Positions 9,937 through 19,664 of a stretch of DNA of 64,000 nt are shown one piece after another. Source of the stretch: a virus; IMG/VR virus record IMGVR_UViG_3300032294_002706, positions 65,693 to 129,692 of that record; one strand, given 5' to 3'. The notes under the pieces were generated by a model that was not told the origin of the DNA, did not search any database, and was given only the letters and a program-made list of their open reading frames with translations. Numbering within the stretch: position 1 is the first letter of the stretch; every line of letters begins with the position of its first letter. The position numbers and the translations under genes were made by a program.

Positions 9937-10788
9937 ATGAAATTAGCAGTAGGTTACGTAGTTTTTGATGGGCTTGAAACGCTAGAAGCCTCAATTCGAT
10001 CAATCCGAGAATGTGTTGATATTGTGATCGTCTCTTATCAGACGGTATCATGGGGAAATACTCAGTGTTCTCCATTGTTGGTGCCCACACTAGAGAGGCT
10101 CAAGGAGAATGGGCTAGTTGATGTAATAATGGAATTCACAAAATTCGTCCCATCATCTCTGACTAAACCAGACGATGTGATCCGCGCTAAAAAATACGAA
10201 TGTGATAAGAGACAGAGCTGTTTAGATAAAGCTCTTGAACTTGGAGCAACTCATTATACTTCAATGGACGCTGATGAGTTCTATATCAAGGAACAGTTTG
10301 AGGAGGCGAAACGCCAAATCATACAAGATAAGTTACAGGCAACTGCCGTTCGTTACATAAACTACTTGACTCCAACTCTACATCAGGGCTATTCTAAATT
10401 CAAGGTGCCTTTCATTTACGAGATTGGGCCAAACAGTCGACATCATGCACTACAGTTCATGTTCTCAGATATCGATCCAACTCGCGGAATCACCGATGAT
10501 TCGTACACCAGATCTAGAGTTTTTGAACGTGACTTGATAACGATGCATCACATGGAAATGGTTAGGGAAGACCTACTTGGAAAGTACCAAGCCTCAAGCC
10601 GATACTTTAGAAATAGACAGGACCTTCCAATCTTGGCTGAAGATATTATTCATGCCAAGAAAACCAAGGAACTTAAGTTTAGAGCAATTCATTTTGGTGA
10701 TTCGCTAAGCGGTTTAAATAAGGAATTAGTATTGACTGAATGCGAAGATCTTTTCGACTTACATTCCTACCGTTACGGTACCCGATAA
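9937..10788 (+). CDS. putative GT2-like glycosyltransferase
   Basis: SIRSIRECVD, ECDKR, MDADEFY. Confidence 0.65.
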   Translation: MKLAVGYVVFDGLETLEASIRSIRECVDIVIVSYQTVSWGNTQCSPLLVPTLERLKENGLVDVIMEFTKFVPSSLTKPDDVIRAKKYECDKRQSCLDKALELGATHYTSMDADEFYIKEQFEEAKRQIIQDKLQATAVRYINYLTPTLHQGYSKFKVPFIYEIGPNSRHHALQFMFSDIDPTRGITDDSYTRSRVFERDLITMHHMEMVREDLLGKYQASSRYFRNRQDLPILAEDIIHAKKTKELKFRAIHFGDSLSGLNKELVLTECEDLFDLHSYRYGTR

Positions 10789-11562
10789 TAATTTAGGTAA
10801 CATCGAAGTAACGTATGCGGAGTTTGCACCAGGTGTGCTTGGCATTTTGGCATCTATCGCTGATGCTAGGGTCACTAATATTTCAAATAAAGTATTTCCC
10901 ATTACTGCATGTTCAGCCTTTGCATTCGCGCCAATGTTAGTTAATTGACCGTTAACGTTTATTGTTTGTCCTTCTAGTGTTATTACGTTAGAAGTAACGT
11001 TCACTTGGGAAGAACTTTGCACGTTGATAACGTTGCCATCAAATTCCATTGAGGATAGTCCATCCTTATGATAAATTTCAATCTTTGAATTTTGATCAAT
11101 CGTCAAGTAGGAGTCCTTCATTTCAAAGGTCAGTCCTCTACCCTTAGTGAAGTATATTTTGATATGCTCATCTCCATCAAATAGAATATAGTGAGCTCCC
11201 TCATACTCATAATCCGTGCTGGACTGCAGAGCCTCCTTAATATCATCTCCGATCTCTTGGATTTGACCGTATTCTGGTGAATAGAGATTTCCATTATTAA
11301 AAACAACTTCAACTATTGAACCTTTCTTGGGAATTGAAATTGATCCAGCCTTTGCGTACTGTCCAAAGAAAGTCGGCTTTTTCATTTGTATTGCCCATGG
11401 AATATCTTCAACCTCTAAGTTATCAAATATGCTGAAAACTCTGACTCTACAGCGACCTTCTCTCAATGGGTCTTTTACATCAACTACTTCGCCCAAGTAC
11501 TTGGTAACAATTAATTCTGCACCGCTTTGATCTTTTACAATTTCATTATTTGAAGTTATCAT
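10759..11562 (-). CDS. baseplate hub/spike protein (gp5/VgrG OB-fold)
   Basis: GEVVDVKDPLREGRCRVRV...IPWA...IPKKGSIVEVVF; beta-helix-like C-terminus. Confidence 0.85.
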   Translation of the reverse strand: MITSNNEIVKDQSGAELIVTKYLGEVVDVKDPLREGRCRVRVFSIFDNLEVEDIPWAIQMKKPTFFGQYAKAGSISIPKKGSIVEVVFNNGNLYSPEYGQIQEIGDDIKEALQSSTDYEYEGAHYILFDGDEHIKIYFTKGRGLTFEMKDSYLTIDQNSKIEIYHKDGLSSMEFDGNVINVQSSSQVNVTSNVITLEGQTINVNGQLTNIGANAKAEHAVMGNTLFEILVTLASAIDAKMPSTPGANSAYVTSMLPKLLSGTVTVGM

Positions 11563-11569
11563 ATACTAA

Positions 11570-12679
11570 TTATGGGTAAACGTCTCCTAGGTCTCCGTCT
11601 TTAATTATTTTATTAGTGTCAGCTCCTGGGTAAACATCATCTCTAACGCCTTGACCTCCAGTCGGACCGACTGGTGATCGTCTTCCAAACAGTTGACTTG
11701 TTCCAAGAACTTCCGTACTTCTATTATACACATTTTGAGCTAACGCGGTTTCAAGGCCAGTCTGTAATTGATTAGTTAGGTCTCCAATGATCCTAGCGGG
11801 AAGTCTTGCTGCACTAGATAAGAACCTTTGTGCTCTACCCTCGAGTGAACTAGCAAGGCCCGAAAAAATACCCAGTGAATGGTAATCCGAGTCTGATGAC
11901 TCTTCTGATTCTTCTAAAACCCAACCGGCTCGTATCTTGAAAGACGTCGTGAACGGCTTATCCTCAGTGTATGCTTTGATTTCACTGCCACTAATTGCTC
12001 CTCCGAGTGTCTCTGAAAAATCAAATTCACATCTTTGTAGTCTGTACTTTATTTGATGTAGTCCGCTTGCTAAATTAGCCGAGCGATCGTTAATGTCCCT
12101 AATTTCAAATAAGGTAATTGTCATGTCAAAGGTTCTTAGGTTATCCGGTAGCGTGTAGCACATTTTATCCGAATCGTAAATTGCTCTACGATAGTATTCT
12201 GCGAACTTAAGTAGAGGTTGCTCAATTGAATCGATGCAGTTAATCGTAATTTCAGCTTTCTTATCACCTTCTTTCACTCTCATTGCTGCTTTCCATAGCT
12301 GATCAACTCCTTGAATTGATTGAAAGTACCATGGAGACTCTTGTAATTTTCTCAATTGGCTAATTGCTGCCCCCAAAAATAAGTCGTTTCGATTGGTCCA
12401 ACCTGAACCATACGTGATTAACCAATCTTGGGCAGACCATTCGACATTAATGTACTTTGAATTAATGTCAGTTCCCTTTCTAGCAGGTCTCAGTAAATTA
12501 TCCCAAAATAAACCGTCGCCGGTAGTTGAGGGTACAGTACTTATCCAATCACTGTCGGGGGTGGCTTGATTTGGAAAAAAATCAAGGTCGAACGTTAGAA
12601 AAATCGGGTCCTGTACATCGGATAGTGCACTCTTTACGAACTGTTTATAACGCTTAGGTCCATTTATTAATTGAGCCAT
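11570..12679 (-). CDS. putative tail tube-like/baseplate protein
   Basis: Position in baseplate block; tube-like ITINC..S, Y...IYD, FDMTI pattern. Confidence 0.45.
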   Translation of the reverse strand: MAQLINGPKRYKQFVKSALSDVQDPIFLTFDLDFFPNQATPDSDWISTVPSTTGDGLFWDNLLRPARKGTDINSKYINVEWSAQDWLITYGSGWTNRNDLFLGAAISQLRKLQESPWYFQSIQGVDQLWKAAMRVKEGDKKAEITINCIDSIEQPLLKFAEYYRRAIYDSDKMCYTLPDNLRTFDMTITLFEIRDINDRSANLASGLHQIKYRLQRCEFDFSETLGGAISGSEIKAYTEDKPFTTSFKIRAGWVLEESEESSDSDYHSLGIFSGLASSLEGRAQRFLSSAARLPARIIGDLTNQLQTGLETALAQNVYNRSTEVLGTSQLFGRRSPVGPTGGQGVRDDVYPGADTNKIIKDGDLGDVYP

Positions 12680-12684
12680 TATTA

Positions 12685-14184
12685 TTAAATTTTATTTTCC
12701 ATTTTAGGTTCAGGCAACCAGCTACGACGACTTAACATCATTACCGTTGAAAATTTCTGACGTGGTTCAGCCGCTGCATTGTAATGATATGAAATACTCT
12801 TCACGTAGTATGCACCGCTTAAGTACTCATCCTTAATCTGAGCAGACGTTGTGTCTTTACCTGTTTTTTCTCTGTCCTGTTGACTATCCTCAATTGCTAG
12901 CTCGTCTTTGGCAGAGTCGTCGCTTGCTCTTTTTAAACGATCTCCGTAAATGTCAACTGCTAATCTAGCGCCTCTACTTATATTGTGGTTAATGCCGTCA
13001 AGCTTAACTCTCAAAAGATTCTTTTCAGTCTCTTCACGGTTGTGGTGATTCACGAGCTTTGCGTACTTGTAACTTAAATGAGAATTTCCATAATCGGTTC
13101 CCATCCATTTAACAATCTCGTTACCGTCGTCAGTATAATCGGTAAGATCTGGGGTTTGGTGTACTTGATCGCCGTTTGGAGATACTGTCGAAAGTGGTTC
13201 AACGAACCAGTTTTTAAGAGCCTCTTCCTCTCCGTGCTGGTACATTTGCAAACGTTTTCTAAAGCCTGATCTTTGTAAAATACTGCCGTTTTCACTTATC
13301 ATTGAGTACTCTACTATCGTAAAGTCTGAGCCAGCTCCAAGATTCGAGCCGTTTGTCAAGATTATTGGAACCTGTACATCAACACTAAGATTATCTGACG
13401 CATCTTTTGCTAAACTTAAATCAGCGTATTCAGTTGAGGTTGCCGCATATCCAAGTGGAATATCCTTATCGCTATCAAATGGCTTAAACTGATTTTCTAC
13501 ATTTACCAAGCAGAGTTTATAGTATCGATCAATGAAACACTCAAAAAATGTGTCTTTATTTTTAAAACTGTGGTCAGCTATCATTTTAATGAAGGCTTTA
13601 TAATTCAAGTTCGGATTAATCCATGTCATTTTATCATCAAACGTTTCTTCGTTTGATGCGTATCCAATTTCAAGTTCCTTAGCTATTTGTTGTAAAGCTT
13701 CTTGAGATGTCATATTTGAATACGACTTCACGAAATTACCATTTAGTTTAGGAATGTACAACTCTCCATAAAAATCATATCTAGTTATCGATTGACCCAT
13801 TGGCATTGACTGAATATCAGTTATCAAAAACGTTTGACAAAGTTCATTTAATTTTGAATGACTCCTTGCGATGTAAATTGTTAATAATGGATTCTTTTTA
13901 GGAAAGGTAACTGACGTGAATGTGCCGGATGAATCAAAAATACTCACATGTATTTTCGGAATCAGTTCGTCATAGTAAATTGAAGTTGATATAATATCAG
14001 TTGATGGAATTCTAGCATTGCCGATTTTAATCAAGGGCGATTTCTTTCCAAGTTGAGATGCATAACCAGTACGATCTGGTGTTCTTTGAACGTCACCGTC
14101 CGGTTTTTCCAAATCGAGTATGTCAAGACTTGGAGGAGTCAACTTAGGATCAATCTTAGTAAGAATTATGCTCTCTAATCCCAT
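12685..14184 (-). CDS. putative baseplate hub protein (gp27-like)
   Basis: C-terminal YLSGAYYVKSISYHY...MMLSRR typical of hub proteins; synteny. Confidence 0.55.
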   Translation of the reverse strand: MGLESIILTKIDPKLTPPSLDILDLEKPDGDVQRTPDRTGYASQLGKKSPLIKIGNARIPSTDIISTSIYYDELIPKIHVSIFDSSGTFTSVTFPKKNPLLTIYIARSHSKLNELCQTFLITDIQSMPMGQSITRYDFYGELYIPKLNGNFVKSYSNMTSQEALQQIAKELEIGYASNEETFDDKMTWINPNLNYKAFIKMIADHSFKNKDTFFECFIDRYYKLCLVNVENQFKPFDSDKDIPLGYAATSTEYADLSLAKDASDNLSVDVQVPIILTNGSNLGAGSDFTIVEYSMISENGSILQRSGFRKRLQMYQHGEEEALKNWFVEPLSTVSPNGDQVHQTPDLTDYTDDGNEIVKWMGTDYGNSHLSYKYAKLVNHHNREETEKNLLRVKLDGINHNISRGARLAVDIYGDRLKRASDDSAKDELAIEDSQQDREKTGKDTTSAQIKDEYLSGAYYVKSISYHYNAAAEPRQKFSTVMMLSRRSWLPEPKMENKI

Positions 14185-14783
14185 TAACCGTTAATTTTAT
14201 TTTTCAATAAGGTCGAAAGAAGCTTGGTTCTTGAAATTGGATCAGGACAATCCTCTTTTTTGATTGACGTAACTCCTGAGCCAAATACAACCTTTCCATT
14301 CGTGATCTTAACTGATGTATCCTTAGCGACGGTAGTCGGAGCAACCGCCGTTCCGTATTTTGTAGTCAAATAGTCAAGACGTTTTTGATCTTGTTTTGTC
14401 GCAGGTTTAATGAATTGAGGTTTCTTCTTCTTTCTGGTTGATGTCATCCAATTATTATCTGACCCGTTTAGTTTAGCTGGAGTTGCTAGCATTGACGATA
14501 ACACTGAACCGTCTGGCATTTTAAGAATATCATTCACGTCAATCGCAAATGGATTTGAAATTCCATTGTACTTTAAAAGAAGACATAAAAAACCTGAAGT
14601 TTGATAAAATATCTTAGAGATCAGATCGCCTCTCATTTGTAATCCGTCTTCAACTATGTAAGTTTTACCTTGATCAACAGTTACTCCTCTAAACGAAACG
14701 CTTCGTCTAGTTAGGTCAACCACTGAATCTCCGTTTGTTTTGGTAAAATTTCCCTTTTTTCCAAATATTGCAAGTTCTATCAT
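14184..14783 (-). CDS. LysM-like baseplate wedge protein (gp53-like)
   Basis: RGDLISKIFY...LLKYNGISNPF..GDIL-like pattern. Confidence 0.65.
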   Translation of the reverse strand: MIELAIFGKKGNFTKTNGDSVVDLTRRSVSFRGVTVDQGKTYIVEDGLQMRGDLISKIFYQTSGFLCLLLKYNGISNPFAIDVNDILKMPDGSVLSSMLATPAKLNGSDNNWMTSTRKKKKPQFIKPATKQDQKRLDYLTTKYGTAVAPTTVAKDTSVKITNGKVVFGSGVTSIKKEDCPDPISRTKLLSTLLKNKING

Positions 14784-14789
14784 ATTTAA

Positions 14790-16802
14790 TTAGTTATTTC
14801 CATATTGACGCGTGTAATACAACAATAATAAACTATCGTCAAGAACTCCATCCTTTCCGAAAGCGGATACTCCATCTGCGAATCCGTTAGTAGGTGCAGT
14901 AAATCCATACCCCTTTAGGAATCTATTTTTAAATCCATTATACGCTGATTTACTAGTACCGGTTAATTGAGCGTACGAATCTTCTAATTTCAAATCATAC
15001 GTACCAGAGTCAGTCACAGTCTTGTAAATTTCATTATTTGTTTCGCCAAATGTATCTTTCTCGGATGACGTTCTAAGAGCGCCTGCTGTCAATTTAGTTT
15101 GGCCATGATTCAACATTCGTTCAATTGCTGTTTTGTCCCTAGGCTTTCCTTGTTTCAATGTGACTGTGAATGTTACGCCAGTCGGAAAATCATCAGGCCC
15201 AATTTCATCGTCCCATGCCATTTTAACGTCAGTACAAAGTAAATCTCCCATCACAAAGATAGGATTCATTGGATTTCCAACTACTATATGCCATTCTCCA
15301 ACCGGCCTGTCAGATAGTGCAGATTTGATTGAGATTAAATCAGGAATAGCATTTCCCAACATATCCGACCTCATTAGTCCTGCCTGTAAAACTTTTTGAC
15401 CTACGCCAAGAGGATCTGACACTATTTTGCTACCTGCCAATTTTACTGCACCGATTAGATTTGCGAACAGCGTACCGAACTCGGCCGAATTATTTCCAGC
15501 GTGAGTTGTTCCCCAGCTCGTTAAAATATTACCAATTGCCTCAGTCGTAGTAGGGTCAAACTTTACACCCGTCTTAGGAAAGTATCTCGCAAGTTGACCT
15601 AAGAACTGTGCATCCTGATATGTCAAATTCATGAAATTTGAAATAATATCAAGAGCTGCAATCTTTGGGCTAATTCCATTGAATGATCTAAATACGTAAT
15701 GAAATTTTAGAGCGATTGGATTAGAGTCCCAACCTAGTTGAACGCCGCGTTTTCTTCTACTTGATTGAGTTATCACATTAACTGGTCCGTATATTCTATT
15801 CCAATAAGGGCCACTCGTCTGATCGTATAGGTTCTTTTGATACTTTTGAATTTTTTCCTCGTATCCTGAGACTTGTTGCATTTGAGCATCTGTTCCGACC
15901 GTTCCAACGTAAGCAGCCGTTATTGCAGCCTTTATTTGGTCTCCTCCTGGTACACCAGTGACCAACTTCAATAATTCGTTTAGCGTAATTTCATTACCTT
16001 CAATCGTTTGGCCAGTTGCTCCATCCACTGCATTGAGAGTTTCCCATGGAATGTCCCAATTGAAAACGCCGAGGCTATTTAACGTGTTAGCAGTCTCTCC
16101 TCCGAACCATGTAACCGCTTGAGCCACCGGTATCGCATTTCTTCGCTCTCCTCCCAATCTCAAAGAGTCTCCTATTGGAAACGGGTATCTACGTAAAGTT
16201 ATCAATCGATTATTTGGAATCTTTCCGTAATATTTACAGTACATAAAATCAGTATGCGAATAAGGCTGAAAACCTACATTGGTCGATGCGGAAACTTGTG
16301 AACCCCAATCGATTAATCTTTTGGCAGTTGGATTAGATAATGTACCAGTAGATATGTTCTTAAAATTGCTAGCTGATGCAGTAACTGCACCTTCACTATT
16401 CTCATAAAATTTGATTCTAGCCTCAATCTCTTTTACTAGCTCTTTCTTGCCCTTTAGTTTTGCATTACTTTTTGCTGTTTCTAGAGAAGTTAATCGAATC
16501 AAAGTATTTCCCCTAGACGCGTCTTCGTATTGAGTATCAGTTTTGAGATTGCTCGTAAAGCCAATGAAATGCCCCTCTGCTCTATACGATGCACCAGCAT
16601 TCAACGCTGCATATTGGAACACTGTGAACTTATTCATTATTGAACTTACGTTATGCTGTAAGTTCCCCTGATCGTTTGCTGCAAGTAGATTAGTTTCAAA
16701 CGGAGACTTTGATTTATCTACATTTAGCGCTTCCAAGTAATTCACGCCTGCGAACGCCTGCACTACCTTTAGACTATTAATATCTTCTGCCATTAAATGC
16801 AA
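14790..16802 (-). CDS. putative structural (baseplate/tail) protein
   Basis: 670-aa ORF heading the baseplate operon; GATAAATA at 16814-16821. Confidence 0.5.
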   Translation of the reverse strand: MHLMAEDINSLKVVQAFAGVNYLEALNVDKSKSPFETNLLAANDQGNLQHNVSSIMNKFTVFQYAALNAGASYRAEGHFIGFTSNLKTDTQYEDASRGNTLIRLTSLETAKSNAKLKGKKELVKEIEARIKFYENSEGAVTASASNFKNISTGTLSNPTAKRLIDWGSQVSASTNVGFQPYSHTDFMYCKYYGKIPNNRLITLRRYPFPIGDSLRLGGERRNAIPVAQAVTWFGGETANTLNSLGVFNWDIPWETLNAVDGATGQTIEGNEITLNELLKLVTGVPGGDQIKAAITAAYVGTVGTDAQMQQVSGYEEKIQKYQKNLYDQTSGPYWNRIYGPVNVITQSSRRKRGVQLGWDSNPIALKFHYVFRSFNGISPKIAALDIISNFMNLTYQDAQFLGQLARYFPKTGVKFDPTTTEAIGNILTSWGTTHAGNNSAEFGTLFANLIGAVKLAGSKIVSDPLGVGQKVLQAGLMRSDMLGNAIPDLISIKSALSDRPVGEWHIVVGNPMNPIFVMGDLLCTDVKMAWDDEIGPDDFPTGVTFTVTLKQGKPRDKTAIERMLNHGQTKLTAGALRTSSEKDTFGETNNEIYKTVTDSGTYDLKLEDSYAQLTGTSKSAYNGFKNRFLKGYGFTAPTNGFADGVSAFGKDGVLDDSLLLLYYTRQYGNN

Positions 16803-16830
16803 TCATTTTAGTTTATTTATCGCAGGAAAT

Positions 16831-16856
16831 AAAAAAGGAAGACGCTAAGTCTTCCT
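16831..16856 (-). terminator. intrinsic terminator
   Basis: AGGAAGAC-N5-GTCTTCCT hairpin with minus-strand U-tract. Confidence 0.75.
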
Positions 16857-16881
16857 GCATTTAGTATTATTGAGAGACTAG

Positions 16882-17436
16882 TTATCTCCAATTGCCAATC
16901 GTGAAATCGTACCAGAATTGGCTAGGATCAAATGAATGGTTCATGTGAATGCCAACTCCAGTAGGTTCAATTGGAAAGGGCCGTTTTGCATCATCCCATT
17001 CAAAGCGGTCTCCAATATTATCGTCAACCATTTCAAAGTGAGTGCTTATTGTTGTATCATTAGATTCATCCCAGGTTTCAACTTCAATCGCCAATTTCAT
17101 TCTTTTCGGAATGAATAACATGTTTTCAACACCAGCGGCGTCCCACATCATTATTATATCGTATTCAACTTCTAGCTTGTTAGCCGACACGTATTCAATC
17201 TCTGTTTCATTAGCGAATCCCATTGCTTTAAGTTCAGCTTGCTCTTCCTTTGATATTCCAGGATTTTCATTATCTATTGTTTTAGGATTATCGTACAGGC
17301 CAACGTTTGCACGATCGAAAGTCTTTTTTAAGATTTCAGGCTTTCTATATGTGTATTGAGCCCACTTAAGTTGGTCCGGTCCCTTATTCGACTCGGTTAT
17401 TAAGTAAGACTTAAAAGATTCAATTGCCTTTGTCAT
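16882..17436 (-). CDS. hypothetical acidic protein with capsid-targeting-like motif
   Basis: AIESFKSYLITE; ELKAMGF. Confidence 0.6.
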   Translation of the reverse strand: MTKAIESFKSYLITESNKGPDQLKWAQYTYRKPEILKKTFDRANVGLYDNPKTIDNENPGISKEEQAELKAMGFANETEIEYVSANKLEVEYDIIMMWDAAGVENMLFIPKRMKLAIEVETWDESNDTTISTHFEMVDDNIGDRFEWDDAKRPFPIEPTGVGIHMNHSFDPSQFWYDFTIGNWR

Positions 17437-17780
17437 TACTTCTTTAAACTCTCTCTTTTTACTAGATCCGCGAAAGACATTGCGTATCTCTCGTTGATTC
17501 TCTTTTTGCTAGATCTACTCGTTTTCTCAGCGGCAGTCTTTCGGCTCTTGATTAATTCAATATTGTCAGAATACAGACCCGGAACAACGTTAATTCGCTC
17601 TCCATTGTACTCGATAGGTTCATCCAGCTCAACTTCAAATCGATCGACATCAGGCTCATAGTTGTTTTGATAGATCTCAGAAATGGTACCGGTTGTACCG
17701 TCTACCATTTCAATGACACCATTTTGTAGCTCTTCAGCGTCCGCCTTAATCATAATTCTGTCTCCGATTGAAAATTTCAT
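17436..17780 (-). CDS. hypothetical protein (SH3-like N-terminus)
   Basis: FSIGDRIMI...GTTGTISEI; coupled overlap with neighbours. Confidence 0.55.
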   Translation of the reverse strand: MKFSIGDRIMIKADAEELQNGVIEMVDGTTGTISEIYQNNYEPDVDRFEVELDEPIEYNGERINVVPGLYSDNIELIKSRKTAAEKTSRSSKKRINERYAMSFADLVKRESLKK

Positions 17781-18046
17781 ATTGGTTCCTGTTTAATTTT
17801 TAAAGTTAGTGTTCCGGTTCCCTTAATTAGACGATGCCATTCATGTCTTGGAATCCGTATAGTATTATTTAACGAGACAGGCAGTGCATTATCCAATTGG
17901 ATCATCCAATCCGTCTTGTTTTCTGAAATTATTTCTCTAGTTTCATCATCACGGTGCCACTTTAACTCTATTGGATCAAGGGTTTGAGAAAATTCCCTGA
18001 TCAGAAACCCGTTTTCTTCCTTGAGATTAGTGTACGGCTTTTCCAT
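17777..18046 (-). CDS. small cupin-like protein
   Basis: WHRD..TR and IPRHEWHRLIKG. Confidence 0.6.
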   Translation of the reverse strand: MEKPYTNLKEENGFLIREFSQTLDPIELKWHRDDETREIISENKTDWMIQLDNALPVSLNNTIRIPRHEWHRLIKGTGTLTLKIKQEPI

Positions 18047-18047
18047 A

Positions 18048-19019
18048 TTACCAAAATCCTGGATAAGTTTTACCGCCCCATAGATGAGAGTATCTGTTAA
18101 TTCTACATGCCCAGTAACCAGCTTTCGTTCTATCGTTTTTTAGATGACACTGGTGTCTTGCCGCGAAACTTTTACGAGCTTTAGGATTGCTTACTTTGGC
18201 AGTTAATCCGCCGTGTACGTCTCCGAATGCAATCTTTTTAACTCTCTTTGTTTTTGGATTGATAACGTAGACATAGTACTTCTTGGTTCCACCTCGCATC
18301 GGCTTGCCGATTTCAACCTTCTTTCCATGATACTCTGCTTCGAATAAAAAATCCAATGGAACAATTTCACCTCGATATTCTCCAAATCTTCCAAGATCAG
18401 TCTCTTCAAATAAGATCCGATCTATTCCATTCAGTTCAATCTCTCCCCTATCGTATGCCGTTCTGGCTTCAGCCAGGAGCTCAAAATGGGCTTGACTCGC
18501 TGGGCGATAAACTGACTCGGCTATTGAGATACCTTCATTGATGTGATATAGTAGACTTTCAGACATTGGGTCAAGATCTGGATTTGGAATTGGAATTTTG
18601 TTCCATGATCTTTTGGCATTAACTCCTCTTCCTCTAGCCAGCTTAATCTCTTGAGCTTCTTGTTTTAAATACACTAGCGCTTCTTCATAGTCTCCGTTGC
18701 TTAACAATTCATCGATTTCTTCAGCATTTTCCTTATCTAGTTTTGCCATGTAAACGACCGCATGTCTTTGAGCATTAAATTGACATCTCATTGCCATCAT
18801 GCCTACTGTGTGGTTAAATTCCTTTGTAACTGAATCACTATCTTCTTTTGAAATAATTCCCATATCAAGTAATTCAGTAGCAGCTTCCATTTCAACATCG
18901 CTCGGAGCCTTCATGAATGACTCTAGACCCTTACAATCGGCAATGCCGTAATACCATTCAGCTTGTGAATTTCTGAATGATTCATTGAATTTACTAAATG
19001 ATTTTACGAGTCTTTGCAT
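18048..19019 (-). CDS. putative head-associated protein with basic C-terminal domain
   Basis: LVKSFSKFNE; C-terminal KKYYVYV...IAFGD...RKSFAARHQC...AGYWAC. Confidence 0.6.
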   Translation of the reverse strand: MQRLVKSFSKFNESFRNSQAEWYYGIADCKGLESFMKAPSDVEMEAATELLDMGIISKEDSDSVTKEFNHTVGMMAMRCQFNAQRHAVVYMAKLDKENAEEIDELLSNGDYEEALVYLKQEAQEIKLARGRGVNAKRSWNKIPIPNPDLDPMSESLLYHINEGISIAESVYRPASQAHFELLAEARTAYDRGEIELNGIDRILFEETDLGRFGEYRGEIVPLDFLFEAEYHGKKVEIGKPMRGGTKKYYVYVINPKTKRVKKIAFGDVHGGLTAKVSNPKARKSFAARHQCHLKNDRTKAGYWACRINRYSHLWGGKTYPGFW

Positions 19020-19024
19020 ATAGA

Positions 19025-19660
19025 TTATTCTTTAGTTAATGTACCACCACACTCACATATATCGCCTTCGTTAATAACAGCAGCTTCATAAGAGATTCCG
19101 CACTCATTACATGTATATTTACCTTCTGTCATGTACTCTTCATTCTCTGGATTATCAGACAGTCTGTCATTATGCTCAGAACTGTGTTTGCGGTCAAAGT
19201 CTTTTCCCTTAGGACCAAAGTTCTTTAGTCTAGCTAAACTCTCGGCTCTTGCTTTAGGATCATAATCTCCCATAGTTCCTTTTACGTTTGTGTGAGGTGC
19301 TGATAAAATATCTCTATCATGAATACCTTCTTCAACTTCCTCAGTCATTTCGCCGATTAAAAAATTAGCAACTTCTTCAATATCGTCCTTTGATGTAGCA
19401 ATATGATCTACTGCCCAACTGTGTCCATTTTTTAAAATTTGATCTACTTTTCTTGGATCCATTTTTAACATGATCTCAGTCAATCTCTGGATTGTTTCCA
19501 AGTTTCCGAAAAACATATAGTTCTCAGCTTCATGATGATCATCGTGATCTATTTTAGAGGCTGGATGCTGTTGCATATCCGGATTTGGTGCCTGGTGAGG
19601 CATCATTTCGTGTTCTTCTGGCTCATTAAAAAAGCTTTCGAATGTTTTAACAATTCTCAT
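19025..19660 (-). CDS. hypothetical protein with capsid-targeting-like motif and C-terminal Zn ribbon
   Basis: IVKTFESFFNE; CNECG...CECGG. Confidence 0.6.
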   Translation of the reverse strand: MRIVKTFESFFNEPEEHEMMPHQAPNPDMQQHPASKIDHDDHHEAENYMFFGNLETIQRLTEIMLKMDPRKVDQILKNGHSWAVDHIATSKDDIEEVANFLIGEMTEEVEEGIHDRDILSAPHTNVKGTMGDYDPKARAESLARLKNFGPKGKDFDRKHSSEHNDRLSDNPENEEYMTEGKYTCNECGISYEAAVINEGDICECGGTLTKE

Positions 19661-19664
19661 TTTA

